A DNA stretch of 64,000 bases from Phoronis australis. Lineage: Eukaryota > Animalia > Phoronida. A program made the translations under genes and the position numbers. How positions within the stretch are numbered: position 1 is the stretch's first letter; each line of letters starts with the position of its first letter. The notes under the pieces are model-generated. The model saw only the letters and a program-made list of their open reading frames with translations. It was not told the DNA's origin and searched no databases. The stretch covers positions 62,001-126,000 of the forward strand of contig NMRA01000735.1 of the NCBI GenBank assembly GCA_002633005.1, in the 5' to 3' direction. Positions 27,900 through 41,700 of the stretch are shown here, piece by piece.

Positions 27900-29100
27900 C
27901 AGCTGATTTCAAGTTACGAGCATTTATTGCTGAATAATGAAACATCTTGCCTAAAATCGGGAATACCAATCCCATTACTAGTTACATGCATCATGCATTG
28001 TGTTTAATGGGAAAAGTCGTCAGATATTGTTGGTCGTTCTCCCGTGGTTTGTTTTTCAATGTGATATATATTTATTGGATGATCCAGGGATATACTAAGG
28101 CACTCGCCCAGTCGATTAGATATTTCAAGGACATCACTAAACTATGAGAAAAGTTAACCTTTCGCGTAATGTGCAGACATTTTAGTTGAAATTACTTTTG
28201 CATCGTGCTTGAGTTTTATCATATGCCTAACTTGTCTCGTAATGGATAAACGAAGGGTAAATTGTACGCGAACTTTTCACTCGGTCAGCTTCTCAACTAG
28301 CCCTTTTCAACTGTAGTTTATCCCCTGGACTTACCACCAATATTCTCTCTACAGAATAGAATGATATAAACTTCAGATATGTATTTGGGAAATTTCAGGC
28401 AATGACATTGACTATTCCATTACATTTCACTTTCCAATCAGGTAACCTGTAGTAACATAACATTTAGCCTACATTAAAGATTAAAAAATCTGCAATTGGC
28501 CAACTCGACCAAGTTTCCAGTAATTAGTATTACAAGCGGCAGCATCACCAACTTGAAGCAATCAGTTATGAATGTATACAAAGAGAGGAGAAAGTCAATG
28601 TAACCAATTGTGGGGCATTCCATCACAGTCCCGTATAACAAGTTCTTTCTGTTGACATATACAGTTTCTGGGGTCCTTCTCATAAAAGTGACTAAAAGAC
28701 AGAAACTCAGTCTTACACTACCATTTCACGATTGGTGTATGAAGTTTTGGTCAAGTAATTATGAGCGCATCATAGTCGAAAACTAATTGATAACAGTGAT
28801 CTCAGTAAAAGCAGTGATGTGTATATTATCATAGAATTTCGCTCATGTGAGTTACAACTTGGAAGTCCTTACGTAAAGCAAAAGGACAAATTCCTTTCTG
28901 GATCCTTTAACAGTCACTTCATGAAACGGAACCCAGGATTGAATTTCTCACTCGTATATATTTTGTTTTTGAAATAGGCATATCAATTTACAGTAATAAA
29001 CAAATGCAGCAAAGACGAAAAATGTAATAACTGTGTAAAGAAATTCACTAAAAGCAATGCGGCGCTAGGTTTTGTTCTCGTCTGCTCTCTTCGTGCTACT
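27900..29100 (-). pseudogene. Decayed LRR-containing GPCR (RXFP/GRL101-like) remnant 1
   Basis: ORF 28474-28683 (ECPTIGYIDFLLS...VILITGNLVELANCRFF) resembles the LGR hinge and TM1 (GNL.V...R); LRR-like pieces lie upstream (FSSLLHL, NKIY, AHNYLT); boundaries are uncertain. Confidence 0.35.
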
Positions 29101-29699
29101 GTTCACTTAAAAGTTCCAAACGAAAATTTGTTTCGGGGTCCCATTTCTTCCATGTACAGTGTGAATGTGCATTGTGCTAAGCCCTAAGATGTAGGTTAGT
29201 ATACACTAGGTTACTAAATAAACCGTGGCTGCTGAAACCTTATTCAAAAAGTTGTTACCGACAGGTGCTCATTGCTTTTGGTGCGACGAGCTGGAGATTG
29301 ATTCTAGTTAATCGCTTTATTAAACTTGAATGTACGTTTTACAAGTCTACTCAAGCAGAACGCCCGACGTAATATCTGTTCTACACTATGTTCCAGCTAG
29401 TGCTGCGAAGCTTTGGCTTGTGATGAAGTTCTGAGACTGTTCCAATGACTGTTGAATTTATCACAGTGGTGAGTTTTTGATGATCCTGTTACGAAAGATT
29501 GAATTTATCAAATATGATTTCATTTACAAAATAGGATATCAGGTAAACACTACTCCCTATTCCGAAGCTATACTAGTTCAAAGGTTCACTATACCGAAGG
29601 TTTACAACTAAAAAAAATATAAAGTGTCGGACTGAGGTGTAATTTTATACTTTTTTGTGATCATTTTATTTGAAAAAAAGTTATACACACAAAACGTAC

Positions 29700-31560
29700 T
29701 GAGCGTGGCGTACATGAAATAATACCCCACGAGACGTTATTCCGCGTATCGACCGAGACAGAACATTTATCCCATACGCATCGACTTCGTGAGTTTCTTT
29801 TGTTTTCTTTCGGCATTTTATAAATACTTCACCCTGACTGTTTATGTCGCTAATTACAATTTGTTGTGTATGTACGTGCGCGTTATGTTGCGAACTTACT
29901 ATAGTAAAAGAAAATTGTTTTAATTGTAAAGGTTTATTACTTGAAGTTGATAAAAAGTGTGAAAACGACAGTTATCGTGCTTGGAACGTGTATCATATTT
30001 CGAAAATAAAGAAATAACTAGAATATTTATAGCATAGTAAAATCCTCATCGGGTAGCTGCACTCATTTATGAAACTAGGTCATTGACCGGAGAGCGTAGC
30101 CTACACGTCGTCTGCTTTCAAGAAGATGTTATAAATACCGCCGTTGATGACAGCTCCGGCGAATATGTTTGTTGTAGCGTTGTTGCAGGTACATGTAGGT
30201 TGTCGCATTTCTACAGATTCTGTAGCCTTGGTACAAAGCTATATAGTAAATATACGACAGTCTGTTGATAAAATTAGCTGGCTGACTTTGGATTCTGTAG
30301 CATGGATAGGTTCACGTGTTGCTGGGGCGTTCGTCGTTGCTGCTCGTGTAATACAGTCGCCGATAGACGGATAGTATCAAGTGCTGTCATGGCCAGTGAC
30401 AACAATGTTTGATATTGGAGGGGAATCGGTGCCTGAGTTGCAGACGATATATCTTGGCAATGGAAAACTGAGACAGAACTGTCTTATAATTAACAGTCCA
30501 GTTCCAGATGTTACGACTGAAACCTAGTTGCATGTTGAGTGGTATTTATACTGGTACAATTGTATTACTTTAAGCTATTTTCCGGCTAACGACGTCGAGA
30601 CGACATTGACCTACCTTCAATGTCAGAGGTCACTGTTGAAGTAGTGCGGGAGGTGAATACGGGGAACATTATGACATGGCCGTATTTTTTCGAAAGATTC
30701 AACGCGTATGCGATAAATTCCAATGCCTTTTTGCCTCTGATTGAAGATTTCGGGAATTTGATGAGGAAATCTGACAGCACTGTCGATTGGTGTGCAACAT
30801 GTTCTGCCACTGCAAGCAAGGAGGTCTCCAAATGTCATGCTTAATTTCTTTAAGCAGAAAGTGTTACCAACAATCGCCCATGTTGTGTAAGAGTTTAATA
30901 AGTAGTGATGTCAGACTACACTTTGACCAGGGCATATTTTCTGAATTTTGACTTCTCAACATTACTGCGAAAGGGTTGAATCCAGGTCATTTTGTTGAAT
31001 CACGGCTAAGGCAACGACTAGGGAATATTCTGTGAACTGGGCGACTTCCCTAAGGACAGTGGGTAAAAGTGATTGTTTAGTGATCTTAGCTGTCGAAATG
31101 CTTCAGGAAAAGTTATCTGCAAGATAATCTAGATACAGATTTACATGTAAGTAAGCAATACTTGCTTGTTACTTTTCAGAGTAAACCCACAAAAGGTCCC
31201 GAGAATGGTGTACATGAGGCATAGTGTAATATCCCACGAGATATTATTCCGCGTATCGAGCGAGACCGAAAGACGGGGACAAAACGAAGAATAATGTCGA
31301 GTGGGATTTTACTTATTCTACGCCAATCGAGGTACGTTTTGTATATATCCCATACGTTTGAAAGTAATATTTTCCTGTCATTTTAGGCAATTTTTTAAAT
31401 ACTTTACCCAGACAGTTTACATGGCGGATCACACGCTATATGTATATTCTTGCAAGTTAGGTTTCATGCTTTTTCTAGTAAAAAGAAATGGTTTTAAATG
31501 TAACGAATTGTTGCTTGAAAAGAGATGGCAAAGACGAAAACAATAGGTAATTGTGGACGG
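29700..31560 (-). mobile_element. Decayed Crypton-like (tyrosine recombinase) element between ~300-bp direct repeats
   Basis: Minus-strand fragments in the expected order: YTTWAIVGNTFCL..MTFGD (~30890-30825), PEIF, VTGH (~30395), EQQR and C-terminal FAGAVINGGIYNI (~30165-30125). 29700-29990 is similar to 31200-31550. Confidence 0.55.
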
Positions 31561-31689
31561 AACTCGTAAATTTTCTGAAATTAGTTACCGAAGAATTGGC
31601 TCCTGAGTTACAAACGATATAATATTAGGAAGTGAAAGCTGAGACAGAAGTTCCGTATAAATAACAGTTTTGTTACAGGTGTTGTGTTT

Positions 31690-34600
31690 GGGACGTTATT
31701 GCATGTAGAGTGTTATTCACACTTGTGCAATGGTATTCCTTAAAACGTTTTGGGAAAGTATTGAAGAAAAACCGGCTTACGACGTCTTGTCGACTTGACA
31801 TACCTTTCGAACTTCCCACGTCAAAAGGCACTGTTAAGTTAAAGTAGTGCGAAAGTGGAATACGAAAAACACTATCACTTGGCTTTATTGCACTTGACTG
31901 ATTCAGCTGGTATAGGATGAAGTGCTTTCGATGCTTGTCTAAGTATGTTTTGGTCCTAAACAAGTTTCATGTATGCCTTTATCAATTGACAATCAATTGC
32001 AATGGCAGGATGGTTTTGAGTGAGAAGTGGTGAAATTATCATGCAGACAGAACAGAGAGAGGATACGAGCATCACACCCAAGTACTTGAAGAAGCAGACA
32101 ATCAATTCAATTTCCCGTATGAACGTTGTCCTCTTGCACCAGAAATGCCGCAGTCATATGCAGGCTACAACCAACTGAGCCAAGAGTTGGCATTAGTCAC
32201 AAATTAGACACTTAATAATTACTGACAAAGGTCACGGTAAACTTGGGTCACTGGTTTTCACTATTCATGTTATGGAATGGGCACGGTCTACACAGTCAAT
32301 GCATATGCTTTAGTGTCGAAACACTCGATCTGGGGCGGGGTCTATGGCCCGGCATCAAACACCCTGGAATGGAAATTGTTTGCTCGTTATTTATAAAATT
32401 TACAAATGCCGTGGCTATTCCTTGAACCTCGTAATGACGTTTTTGTGTTTAGTCGAGACAGGATTCTTTAAAATGTGGCGAACAAAATGTGGCTCCCAGC
32501 TGAATCGTATGTTCCACTCTGACATTCCACACTCTTGTGCGCCGAACAAACTGGTGCCATTTCTGTGCAACTTTCAGTACTCAGGAATTCGGCACAGAGA
32601 GCAGTTATGAGTCAAGCTGTTGTTACTAAAACCTCCACAAATGCACCTAGTGGTGTCTGAAAGAGACAATTCTCCGTGAACTTTCCTAAAAAATCCTCAG
32701 TATTGCGCCGGAAAAAAACAAATGCGGAGACGGTTTTACGCCCATAGCGTAAAATAGGATAACAGGAATAAATACTTTGTAAGTTTTTGGCTAGTTTCCT
32801 AAGAAACGGCTACGCATGGTTTATATTTATGGTAACTCCAACTACATGTATCTGATAATTCTTGTAGTATACCACAAATGGAATATGTAGTGGTTACTGT
32901 TTTTAACGAAATGGAGCTGAAGGAGAAGTTGTTAAAGTGCTGAAAAACTCCGTCTCATTTTTGTTTCAGGAGTAACAAAGGTATGTCCGAAGATGTCATC
33001 AAAAACATTCGTCTTTACAAAACTTAGCATATCACTAGTCTACTTCTCATTTTGTGATGTATTGAATATTTTAAATTGAAAGTTGGGCTATAGCCACTGG
33101 AGTCTCAGTGTAACCTGAGGATTAACTGTGCTTAATAACTTATACATTTGCCATTATTTTGATCTATAGTCGTAGTTCCTGTTTATAGCCTAAAACAAGA
33201 CATAGCATCATTTCAATCTAAAATCAAGACCTAAGCTTGCATTTCAAATTTTCCCCATTATTAATCCTTCACGATGCTTATCCAAGACCACAAAATAAAA
33301 GTCTACTTGATGACACAATATACATGTAGGTTACAGGGTGCAGATAATATTCTCTGATCATGATACCACAATTTTATGACCAGACTGAGGGAATATGTCG
33401 TCTTTGATTCAAATCTCACAGTTACTTCACTGAATACTATCTGAGTGCAGAGAATATTCTTTGGCCGTGATCCACCCCCAGCTTTAGGGTCGAGAGGTAA
33501 TGGAACTTGGCATCATTCAACGTTTACTTGGTTGCACTGAATGGTCAAAGTGTGATGGAACGTTCTATGATCATAGGTGCCTTTAACTCGATATGAGAGG
33601 CTTGAACTTCTTCTAGTGGATGCCAGATTTGTAATATATCCTTTGAATATCTACGTGTGCAAAATATTTGGCTTCAAATTTCCCTGCTTTGCCTGATTTC
33701 TGGATCAAATTTGGCTAATCTGCATTTAGACTAGAACGTATATTGGAATAGAAATTCCCTATTTGAAATAGACAAAGTTTTGGGCCCCCATTTCTGCAAG
33801 GGTGGTCACTAATTTGAGCGGGGCCTAAGCTGTGGCTTAGTATACAGTAGCTTAGTGGGTAATCCGGCACTGCTCAAACTTTATTCACAAAAATTGGCCG
33901 GTTTTACAATATTTCACATATCTGTAGCAAAATCCCTCATCTTCACTCTTGGGGAACTTCAAATACGAAATAGCGAGAAAAAAACTGGTTGAGACGAACC
34001 ACCTTGGAACTGCAAAACCGCGTTAAGATGTGATTGACCTTACTAACTTACCCCAGGTGAAAGGTTACAGGAATATCACTCGACTTTAATCATCCGCCAG
34101 GCATTGAGCAACTTCATAGCCTCAGTCCTTTCATTCAAATATTCGCCATACACAGGCCCATAGCCAGCATTGCGAAGGGAGTGGTTCGAGTTTTTGGAAC
34201 GTTGTGCCTTTGATATTTTGCAAAGATCGACTCGGTATAGTTTTCGGTATGGTTCTTGATGCAACTAATTAGCGGAAGGGAAATCTGTATACACAACGAT
34301 GACTTTCAGCCTTTTGTTCCTGAGATAAGACACTGTGCCGTGACGGTTGCTCGTAAAGAATGGGAGTCAAATTCGGTTATGTAATGCGGTCCAAAAAGGG
34401 AACATTCTCGCGTTACCTTCCGCCAATCTTTCAAATCAGGCGTGCTTAAGTACATACTCGGACGGAATTTGTCAGTCTGAGTATGACTTGTCGAAATTAT
34501 TATATGGTTGTATTTTTGCTTGTTACTTACATGTACATCTCTGCTAATGGGAACAGCCCACAATCCTGAAGGTTCACCACTCCGAAGGCTCACCACACCG
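31690..34600 (-). pseudogene. Decayed LRR-containing GPCR (RXFP/GRL101-like) remnant 2, interrupted by insertions
   Basis: In order on the minus strand: LRR-like pieces (RKLYRVDL, FHYLSTLKL); hinge/TM1-like SAPCNL..TFILWSWISIV (~33345-33265); TM3-like KYLGVMLVSS...AIAID (32090-31992); TM6-like VVSRFFF (~31770); TM7-like SVNNTLHAITS (~31720-31690). Confidence 0.42.
32455..32650 (-). mobile_element. THAP-domain remnant from a DNA transposon (Kolobok/P/Harbinger type)
   Basis: CICGGFSN...SLCRIP then, after a frameshift, KWHQFVRRTRVW...FCSPHFKESC, matching the THAP C2CH signature (W, CS.HF). Confidence 0.65.
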
Positions 34601-34811
34601 ACAATATGTAAATATTCGAACCCAGTTTTAATTTTTCTGATTTCGCATGCAAAAGTAAACGATACTCCGCGGTTATTAGATGCGCTGAATGGTGTACTTA
34701 AGCCGAAAACAACGTCCGGGTACTATTGATTTCATGTGCATACGTGCAAGAAATTGCCCGCATATCTTACTAATATGGAAAATTACGTACGTTCTTGCAT
34801 TTCTAAACTGA

Positions 34812-35510
34812 GTATACCAAACCCGGATTTGGCCTATTGATAGATGCTAAAAATGACTTTCCCATCCAGTACTAAAACAACATAATACTCTATAACCGCT
34901 GACAACCCTCAAATTTTTCTGAAAAACTCCTTTAAAAGTTTGCTAAACGGGCAAGCTTGACCTGCGTTTTTGCGAATTACCTGGCAACTGTGGGAAAGGT
35001 CCGCCCACTAAGGACCATTTTGCCCAATCTGTGACATGGGGTGTATGAATTTTCAATCAATTCCTTCACTAAAAAGGATTCTAAGCCCTATTTTTATGAT
35101 TTCAACCAATCCTCGTTCTCTCACTTGCTGATGCATCATTGGCGTCAATCTTGAAAGATAAAGCAAGAATTCATACCCACTATTTGATGAATTGGACAGT
35201 ATGGTCCTTGGTGGGTGGTCTTTTCCCCATAGATGCCGCGTAACTCGCTAAAAGCGTAGGATCATAGTTGTACATTTAGCAGAATTTGCAAGTTTTCTAG
35301 TTTTCCTTAGAATTTCAGACGATTGTCGAGACGTTACAGAGCATTATTTTGTTTAGAGAACTGGATGGGGAAGTCGTTTTTAGTATCTATTTGTAGAATT
35401 AAACGGGTTTGGTATACTTTTTACTTGGAAGATTGACGCCAGTGATGCATTAGCAGGTGACAGAACGCGGATTGGTGGAAATCATCAAAACAAGGTTTAG
35501 TATCCCTCTA
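34812..35510. repeat. Diverged inverted repeat with A-B-A'-B' layout
   Basis: 34812-35055 pairs with 35167-35417, and 35065-35155 pairs with 35428-35510. Confidence 0.75.
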
Positions 35511-36560
35511 ACAGAGTACAAAGTAGGATATTGATGAATTATTACCTCACCCGACGGAACTGTGCTCACGGCCGGTCGAAACTAAGTGAAGCTAGCAGGC
35601 TGCCCTGTCCCTGCCAGTCTTCACAAAGTCACAGTCCCATTCAGACTCCTTCAGTTTAAAATCGTCGTTGGTCGCCGCAGCCCTTACCCGTGCCCCAGAT
35701 GTCCCTGCTTGGGAAAGAGTCGTTAGTTACATGTAGGTTCAAGAATCACGAATGGCAGTGATTCGAACTGAGCTCATTTGTAAACATTACAATTAATGTT
35801 TTAAGAACTATTCTACTCGTCCATACCCTTTTAATGGTTACTAAATGGGACACAAATACAATATGTCATTCATGTCAGTTACGACTCATTAGCAGACAGT
35901 TCGAGCAATGAACCTTCGGGTAGGGAAATTTCAGAGTAGTGCAACTTCGGAGTAGGGAACGTTCGGAATAGTGACACGAAACTTTGGAAATCTTTTCATC
36001 AAGTTTGTTGCTCGTATGAAGTCTGCGAGGCTGTGCCCCATTCCCAATGATTGACAAGGGAACACTTTCTTCATTGAACCAAGTTTTATCTGGTCTAGAC
36101 CTGCTTTTCCCTAATACTGTGAACATGCTCGATTCCTCAGTGCGAGAACAAACGCTAGTTAAATATCTGGTTTTGTTTGAGCAACGACAGAGGACCATCT
36201 AGAGTGAACTTACCGTCGACGTGTACAGATTTGAAAAGAATGGAAACGCGCACACATGTACACACGCATGTATGTCAATCCTCTCATCCACAACCAAAGT
36301 GGACACTGAAGCAACAACAATCATTTGGCGATCACCCTCAATTTGAAATGTCTCCACCTTACCGTACGATTATGCTATCAAATACACCAAAAAATAGCAG
36401 ATGGCAATTACATTTTCTGCTATTTGTATCTTGGTCGATTTTAAGACATTCACGTCACACTACGTTTTGAGAGCTCTTTCGCTGCTTTAAACCTTAGCTA
36501 CAGTGTAATTACATACAATCACTTCTAGACTTCTTTGTTACTCTTTGGTATATCGTTGGC

Positions 36561-36944
36561 CAAATGGGGGAACGTTAAATAACGTGCGTAAGAAACTTCT
36601 TGCTGGAGTCGAAATTAATTGTTGCGTAAAGAAATCGTTCGATGCGTTAAATATTTATTTACGGCGTAAACTAATTATTTGCGGCGTACAGTACTTATTT
36701 GCGGCGTAAGGCAACTTTTAGCGCCTCAAATTCTTACCTTACCATGAAATGTAATAATTTATCTGCGTCATAAATAATTATTTTACGCCACAAAGAATTG
36801 CTTTATTGCACAAATAATTACTCTACTGGATAAATATTTACTTTAATTCGTAAATGAATACTTTGCGCCGCAAAAAAAATACTTTACGACTCTAAAAACC
36901 TGTTACTTACTCACGTAATCTAACGGCGTAACTTTCACCCATTT
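36561..36944. mobile_element. MITE-like element filled with a ~20-bp minisatellite (TTTTRCGGCGTAAA..AATTA)
   Basis: Imperfect inverted ends AAATGGGGGAACGTT / AACTTTCACCCATTT, with more than 10 internal units. Confidence 0.5.
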
Positions 36945-39087
36945 CTTTAAGGATAATATCGACGATAACGGTGTGGCAACCACGCATGTTCAGTGGCAAT
37001 GAATGACTTAAAGCCTAGGAGTCTTCTAATTGTCTGCACGATCTTGTCATGTGCGCAAACACCACTGGGGTGAAATAGGGCCCTGGAGCCGGGTAGGGCC
37101 CGATGATGACGCCAAGCGCTTTGAATCAGAAGCAAATTCTTCTAACTGTGTTGTAATAATTATTGTAGTACCAGTAGCTGCTACAATTTTTTGTTGCTGT
37201 TGTTGTCCATCTATATCCTAACTCTAACGGATAGGCTGGGGCTGGACCTTTTCCGAGGGGGGGCTCAATCGAACCCCTTGAACCCCTCCTCCCTGCCTTC
37301 GGGCCTGATACATGTAACGTTGAGTCATCGGAAATATTCATATGATAGAAAGTGCCGGGAGAAAACCAACATAAAACGTAGTTTTGATCCTGAGAGAGTT
37401 GTTTGTTTGCATGCAGACGACCGTTGAGAAAGAAAGCTCTGAATCGAAGCACGCCTTAACGACTTTGTGTTCTCCCGCCGGTACGGCAAGTTGTAAAATG
37501 AGATACAATCACATTCAAATACATTAAAATGATACGTACATGTAATTTGACATTTTGCTGTCTCAAGTTCCATACGTGTCAGCTTCCGTAGATCTTCACA
37601 TGTATCATATCCTGCCAGCATCAATACTTAAAGAAAAAGATAATTTTTACATTTCTAAGCTGGATTGCAGTGCGACATTTTAATAAATGACACGCTCACA
37701 CAAGGTAGTGGGTAACATTGGTGCATTAAAAAATATATGAAGTGATTATGTGTGTCATTTGTACACCCATGTTTTTGGTTTTTAACCATTGGATGAATAT
37801 TTCTGTTTTTGATCTTGGTGCTGCTTTTTGCAAGGTGAAACTGTTTATTAAAGCATTTTTGGTGGCTGCCGGTTGGATCATTCCATTAAATAGGTTCTTC
37901 CATTCAGAGTGAAACCTACCGTTGTAGTTTTGAATTTTGTTGCCAAAGCTTCCACTATGAATCATTTCAGTCGCTCTGAAAACGACTCATAGGCAGTGGG
38001 CAGAATTTTGTCGGTCCGCCAGAAAATGCGTTTTGTGAGTTCTTTGGGGAGCACTTAATTTTGGTGTCTTTTAATTAGTTTACCAGTGTGTTTTAAAAAT
38101 CTAGATATTTCCCTCATGTAGATTCACACGTTTTAGACTAAAATTGGGTTTGAAGTTACACAATAAGATCTTAGACCAAAGACTTTAGTGAACTTATTCT
38201 CTATTTTGAAAACACTTTTCCTACCTTTTTTGTAAAACAAGTAATCTGGTATCGTCAGTATCACAGTAATACACTGCTGTGTCACTGGGAACCTGAAACA
38301 CAGTATGGATTTCATCGACATGCTAAATTTTTCGCATGTCTCATCAATACGGAAATATCAGTACATACTTGCATTCTGATTAATTATCAACCACCATACA
38401 TTCATCCAAGTCAAGATCGCGTCATTTCCGCTACTGAAAAATTTAGGGCAGCTGCGTCTCAACCTCGTTATTTAGATTCAGATATGCAGATGATTGGCAG
38501 AGACTGGAACTGAGCTCTTGTTTAAGCAATACAATCAATGTTTTAAGAACCTTAACAAGGTTACTAATTGGTCACAAATACATGTACAATACAATATTCT
38601 CTTCACATAAGTTCGTCTCATTAACAGACAACATGGAAAATGAACTGTCCAATTTCTTAAAATTTTGAACTTTCGAAGTAGTAAACTTTCGAAGGTAGCA
38701 AACAGTCTGATTAGTTGTTTTGGTTTGGGTACACCACTCCGTGCATTTACTAACCAAAGTATCGTTTACTGTTTTCAGAGAAGATGACCTTTGGAGTAGA
38801 AAAATGGGCTGTTCATGATTCTAGAGATGTAACACGCAAAAGTATAACCAGATAAAAACTTTCGTCAAGACATTCTCAGACTGAAAAAAAATCCGTTTGG
38901 GTATGTAATAAGGTGTAATCGATCATTTAAACAAGGTTGATTTGAAAGTTTTTCGGCAAGGTAATCCAAGAGCGTTTTCTTTCTGGACATCAACACATAA
39001 TCTGAATTTGAGTCCCATTCCTTACGAGCACACGTCACGGCATCCTCATGTCCATCTTATCTTAGAAACATAGAACTAAGAGTCATC

Positions 39088-41700
39088 TGAGATTCTGATT
39101 CATGTGTTGACTTGCCTCTAGCCACACCTACGGTAGTCCTTGCTCTGGAAGTTTCTTCCCCTCATGGGCAGTGATCACAGACCAACTCTTATTCACATTA
39201 ATACAGCAGCGGACCCAGTCCCCTCAAAGAACCCTCCTGGGATCAAGTACAGGGTAAGGGGGACATCAGTCGTTCAGCAGGTGCTTAAAAGGCTGAAGGA
39301 GACCTAATGGTAAGACGCTTGGTACAGACCAATAAAAAGGCGAAGCCAACCTTCTGAGATACCAGAACCAACTGCAGCCAGATGGCTTTGACATTGTCCA
39401 GCAAGCATTGCGCACAGTGAACCAGCATATAGAGGAGAATGATCAAAACAATGAGCAACCAGTCTCACTTGAAGAACTAGATGCAACCCTACGTTTGATA
39501 AGTAAAGACTCAGCTCCCGGGGCGGGTGGAGTTAAAAACTCTAATCTGAAAAGCATGAGCCCAGAGGAGAAGAGCCAGCTCCTTCAGTTCATAAACAGTT
39601 CATTGTTGATAGAACCATGGACCAGGACCTTAGAGACTGCAACATGGTGGTTCTTCCAAAGCCGATGAAAGACCATAGCAAACTGAAGGGATACAGAATC
39701 ATCATCATGGCGAACACCTGGGCAAAAATCACGGAAAAATGCAGCGCAGCGACTAGCGTATGACCTAGAGAGACGTGGCTGTCTATTACCGAGAGTTGGA
39801 GGAGCTAGACTAAGAAGATCCACTGTCACCAACGTTGAAGCAATACTGCATGGAATTCAATAGGTAATGCAGGTTTCGCAACACACTGCAATTGCTCTCT
39901 TTGATCTGGAAGACGCCTACAACAAAGTGGATGTGGGGATTGTTGCCGACAAACTCAGACAAATGGAGGTATCCGATATGATGATCCGTTGGATTCTAGT
40001 CTTGCTGGATACTCGCAGATGTCAACTCAAATTCGGTAAGTGGAAGTAAAGCATCTTTGAAGTAGGCTCAGGCCTCCGGCAAGGGTCACCTCTCAGCTCA
40101 GTGCTCTTAAACGTCAACACGGCAGATCTCATACAAGCAGCAAGTGCAGATGGATGTTTACCATACAGCTATGTTGATGACTTGATAGTCGTAAGTGAGG
40201 CGAACACTCCGAGACTTGCCGTGGAGGGCCTGCAATCAGCAAGTGATGTTGTGGCCGATTGGACCAAAGACAACAAGATGTCAATTCAACCAGATAAAGG
40301 GGAATGAATGTTAGCCTCACGAGGTTATTTCAACCCAAACATGTTCAGCCTGGGATACATGTGAGCCTTGATACTTCAAGTTGCTGAAGTTACCTATCAA
40401 GGAATTAAGATGGATCGAAGAATGATGATGAACTCCCACGTTGAATTCCTAGCTGGTAAAGGTGCCAAGAGCCTGTTACTGTTGAGATATGCAGCAACCC
40501 AGCAGATCCAAAAAAGAGCATGGTGCAGCTCATGAGTGCAACTGTCGGCGAAAGAACTGAGTATGGGCTCCATCTGTGCCAATATGCCTCCCAACAGGTA
40601 ATGACCAAACTGCAGAGGATTCAAAACCAGGCCATGAGGATAGTAACCAGTGCAGTTAGACCCACTCCGGTAGACAGCCTCCAATACTGGTCAGGTATCA
40701 ATAGCATCCGTACAAAACAGAAGACACTAGCAGTCCAAGCATTTCTAAAGGCAGCTACAATCAACTCACATCCTCTGTACCTGGACCTGAGAGAGCATTG
40801 TGATGAGCACACTGCACAGAGGCTGAAAACTGTTCAAATCAGGGGTTATCGGAGCTAAGAAGTTTGTCGAAGCGGTGTGTCCAGTGGAGAACATCAACAA
40901 GATAGAGTGGTCCAAAGCCACAAACTTTGTCATCAACACCATGGAGATTGGAGGCCGCCATTGGCGGGAAAGAGCTGACTGTATCAAACAAGCAACTGTA
41001 TCGGAATGGCTTGAAGAACAATCTCCCACGATCATTGTTGCAACGGACGGCTCACTAAGAGATGACACTACGGCTTCGGCAGCAGTTGCTTGGGTTCGCG
41101 AGGGTCATAGCCTCTTTGAATTGTCAACAGCATGGGTTAGAAAATCCTCGTCTTTTAAAGCTGAATGTGAAGCATATGAAGACGCCCTAGTCTGGCTCTC
41201 ACAGATAACAACACCTGCAGACAGATCATTACTACTTACAGACTCTCTCAGCCTCATTAACAGGCTAAAAACTGGCCATGTGAAAGATTCCTGGATCCCT
41301 CTGTTCAGCTCTATTAATGGTCTCCTCACCGGCGTTTCGTTTATGCACCAGGACACTGTGGCATCTTATTCAAAGTCAAGGCGGATGAGCTTGCAGGCAT
41401 CGCAGAACCAATTGCCGACCTGCTCCTCACACCAGCAGATGTAATCTCTAGAGTGCGTGAATCGCTTACAGATGCTGAGATTGTACAACAGCAGAAGAGA
41501 TGTGCAACAAAGCGCCTCATAGAGCGAGGATGGCAATACGGAGATGCAGTATAAACTCGTATCAGGGGAAAAGATCGAAGAGTATGTAACCAGCACGAAC
41601 TAGGTCGCATCTCCAAATTTGCATTGCGTACGATACTAGAAGAAGGGCCAGAGACTATCCCGGTGCCTACCCGCTGACGTCACCACAGTAACAGAAACAG
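39088..41700 (+). mobile_element. 5'-truncated I-group (Ingi/Nimb/I-like) LINE with RT and RNase H, copy A (internally deleted)
   Basis: TSD AAGAGTCATC (39078-39087, 41701-41710); EN tail GSDHRP; RT motifs LFDLEDAYNKV, GLRQGSPLS, YVDD; RNase H motifs ATDGS, FKAECEA, TDSLS, PGHCG; multiple stops. Confidence 0.88.

Noticed and set aside
32970-32980. 11-nt microexon (TTTCAG|GAGTAACAAAG|GTATGT)
   Set aside because: The splice sites are good, but it is not frame-preserving, has no partner exons and probably lies within an inserted transposon
34076-34264. NHSLR as a tyrosine recombinase box
   Set aside because: There is no downstream TGH or catalytic Tyr pattern; the context fits LRR remnants better
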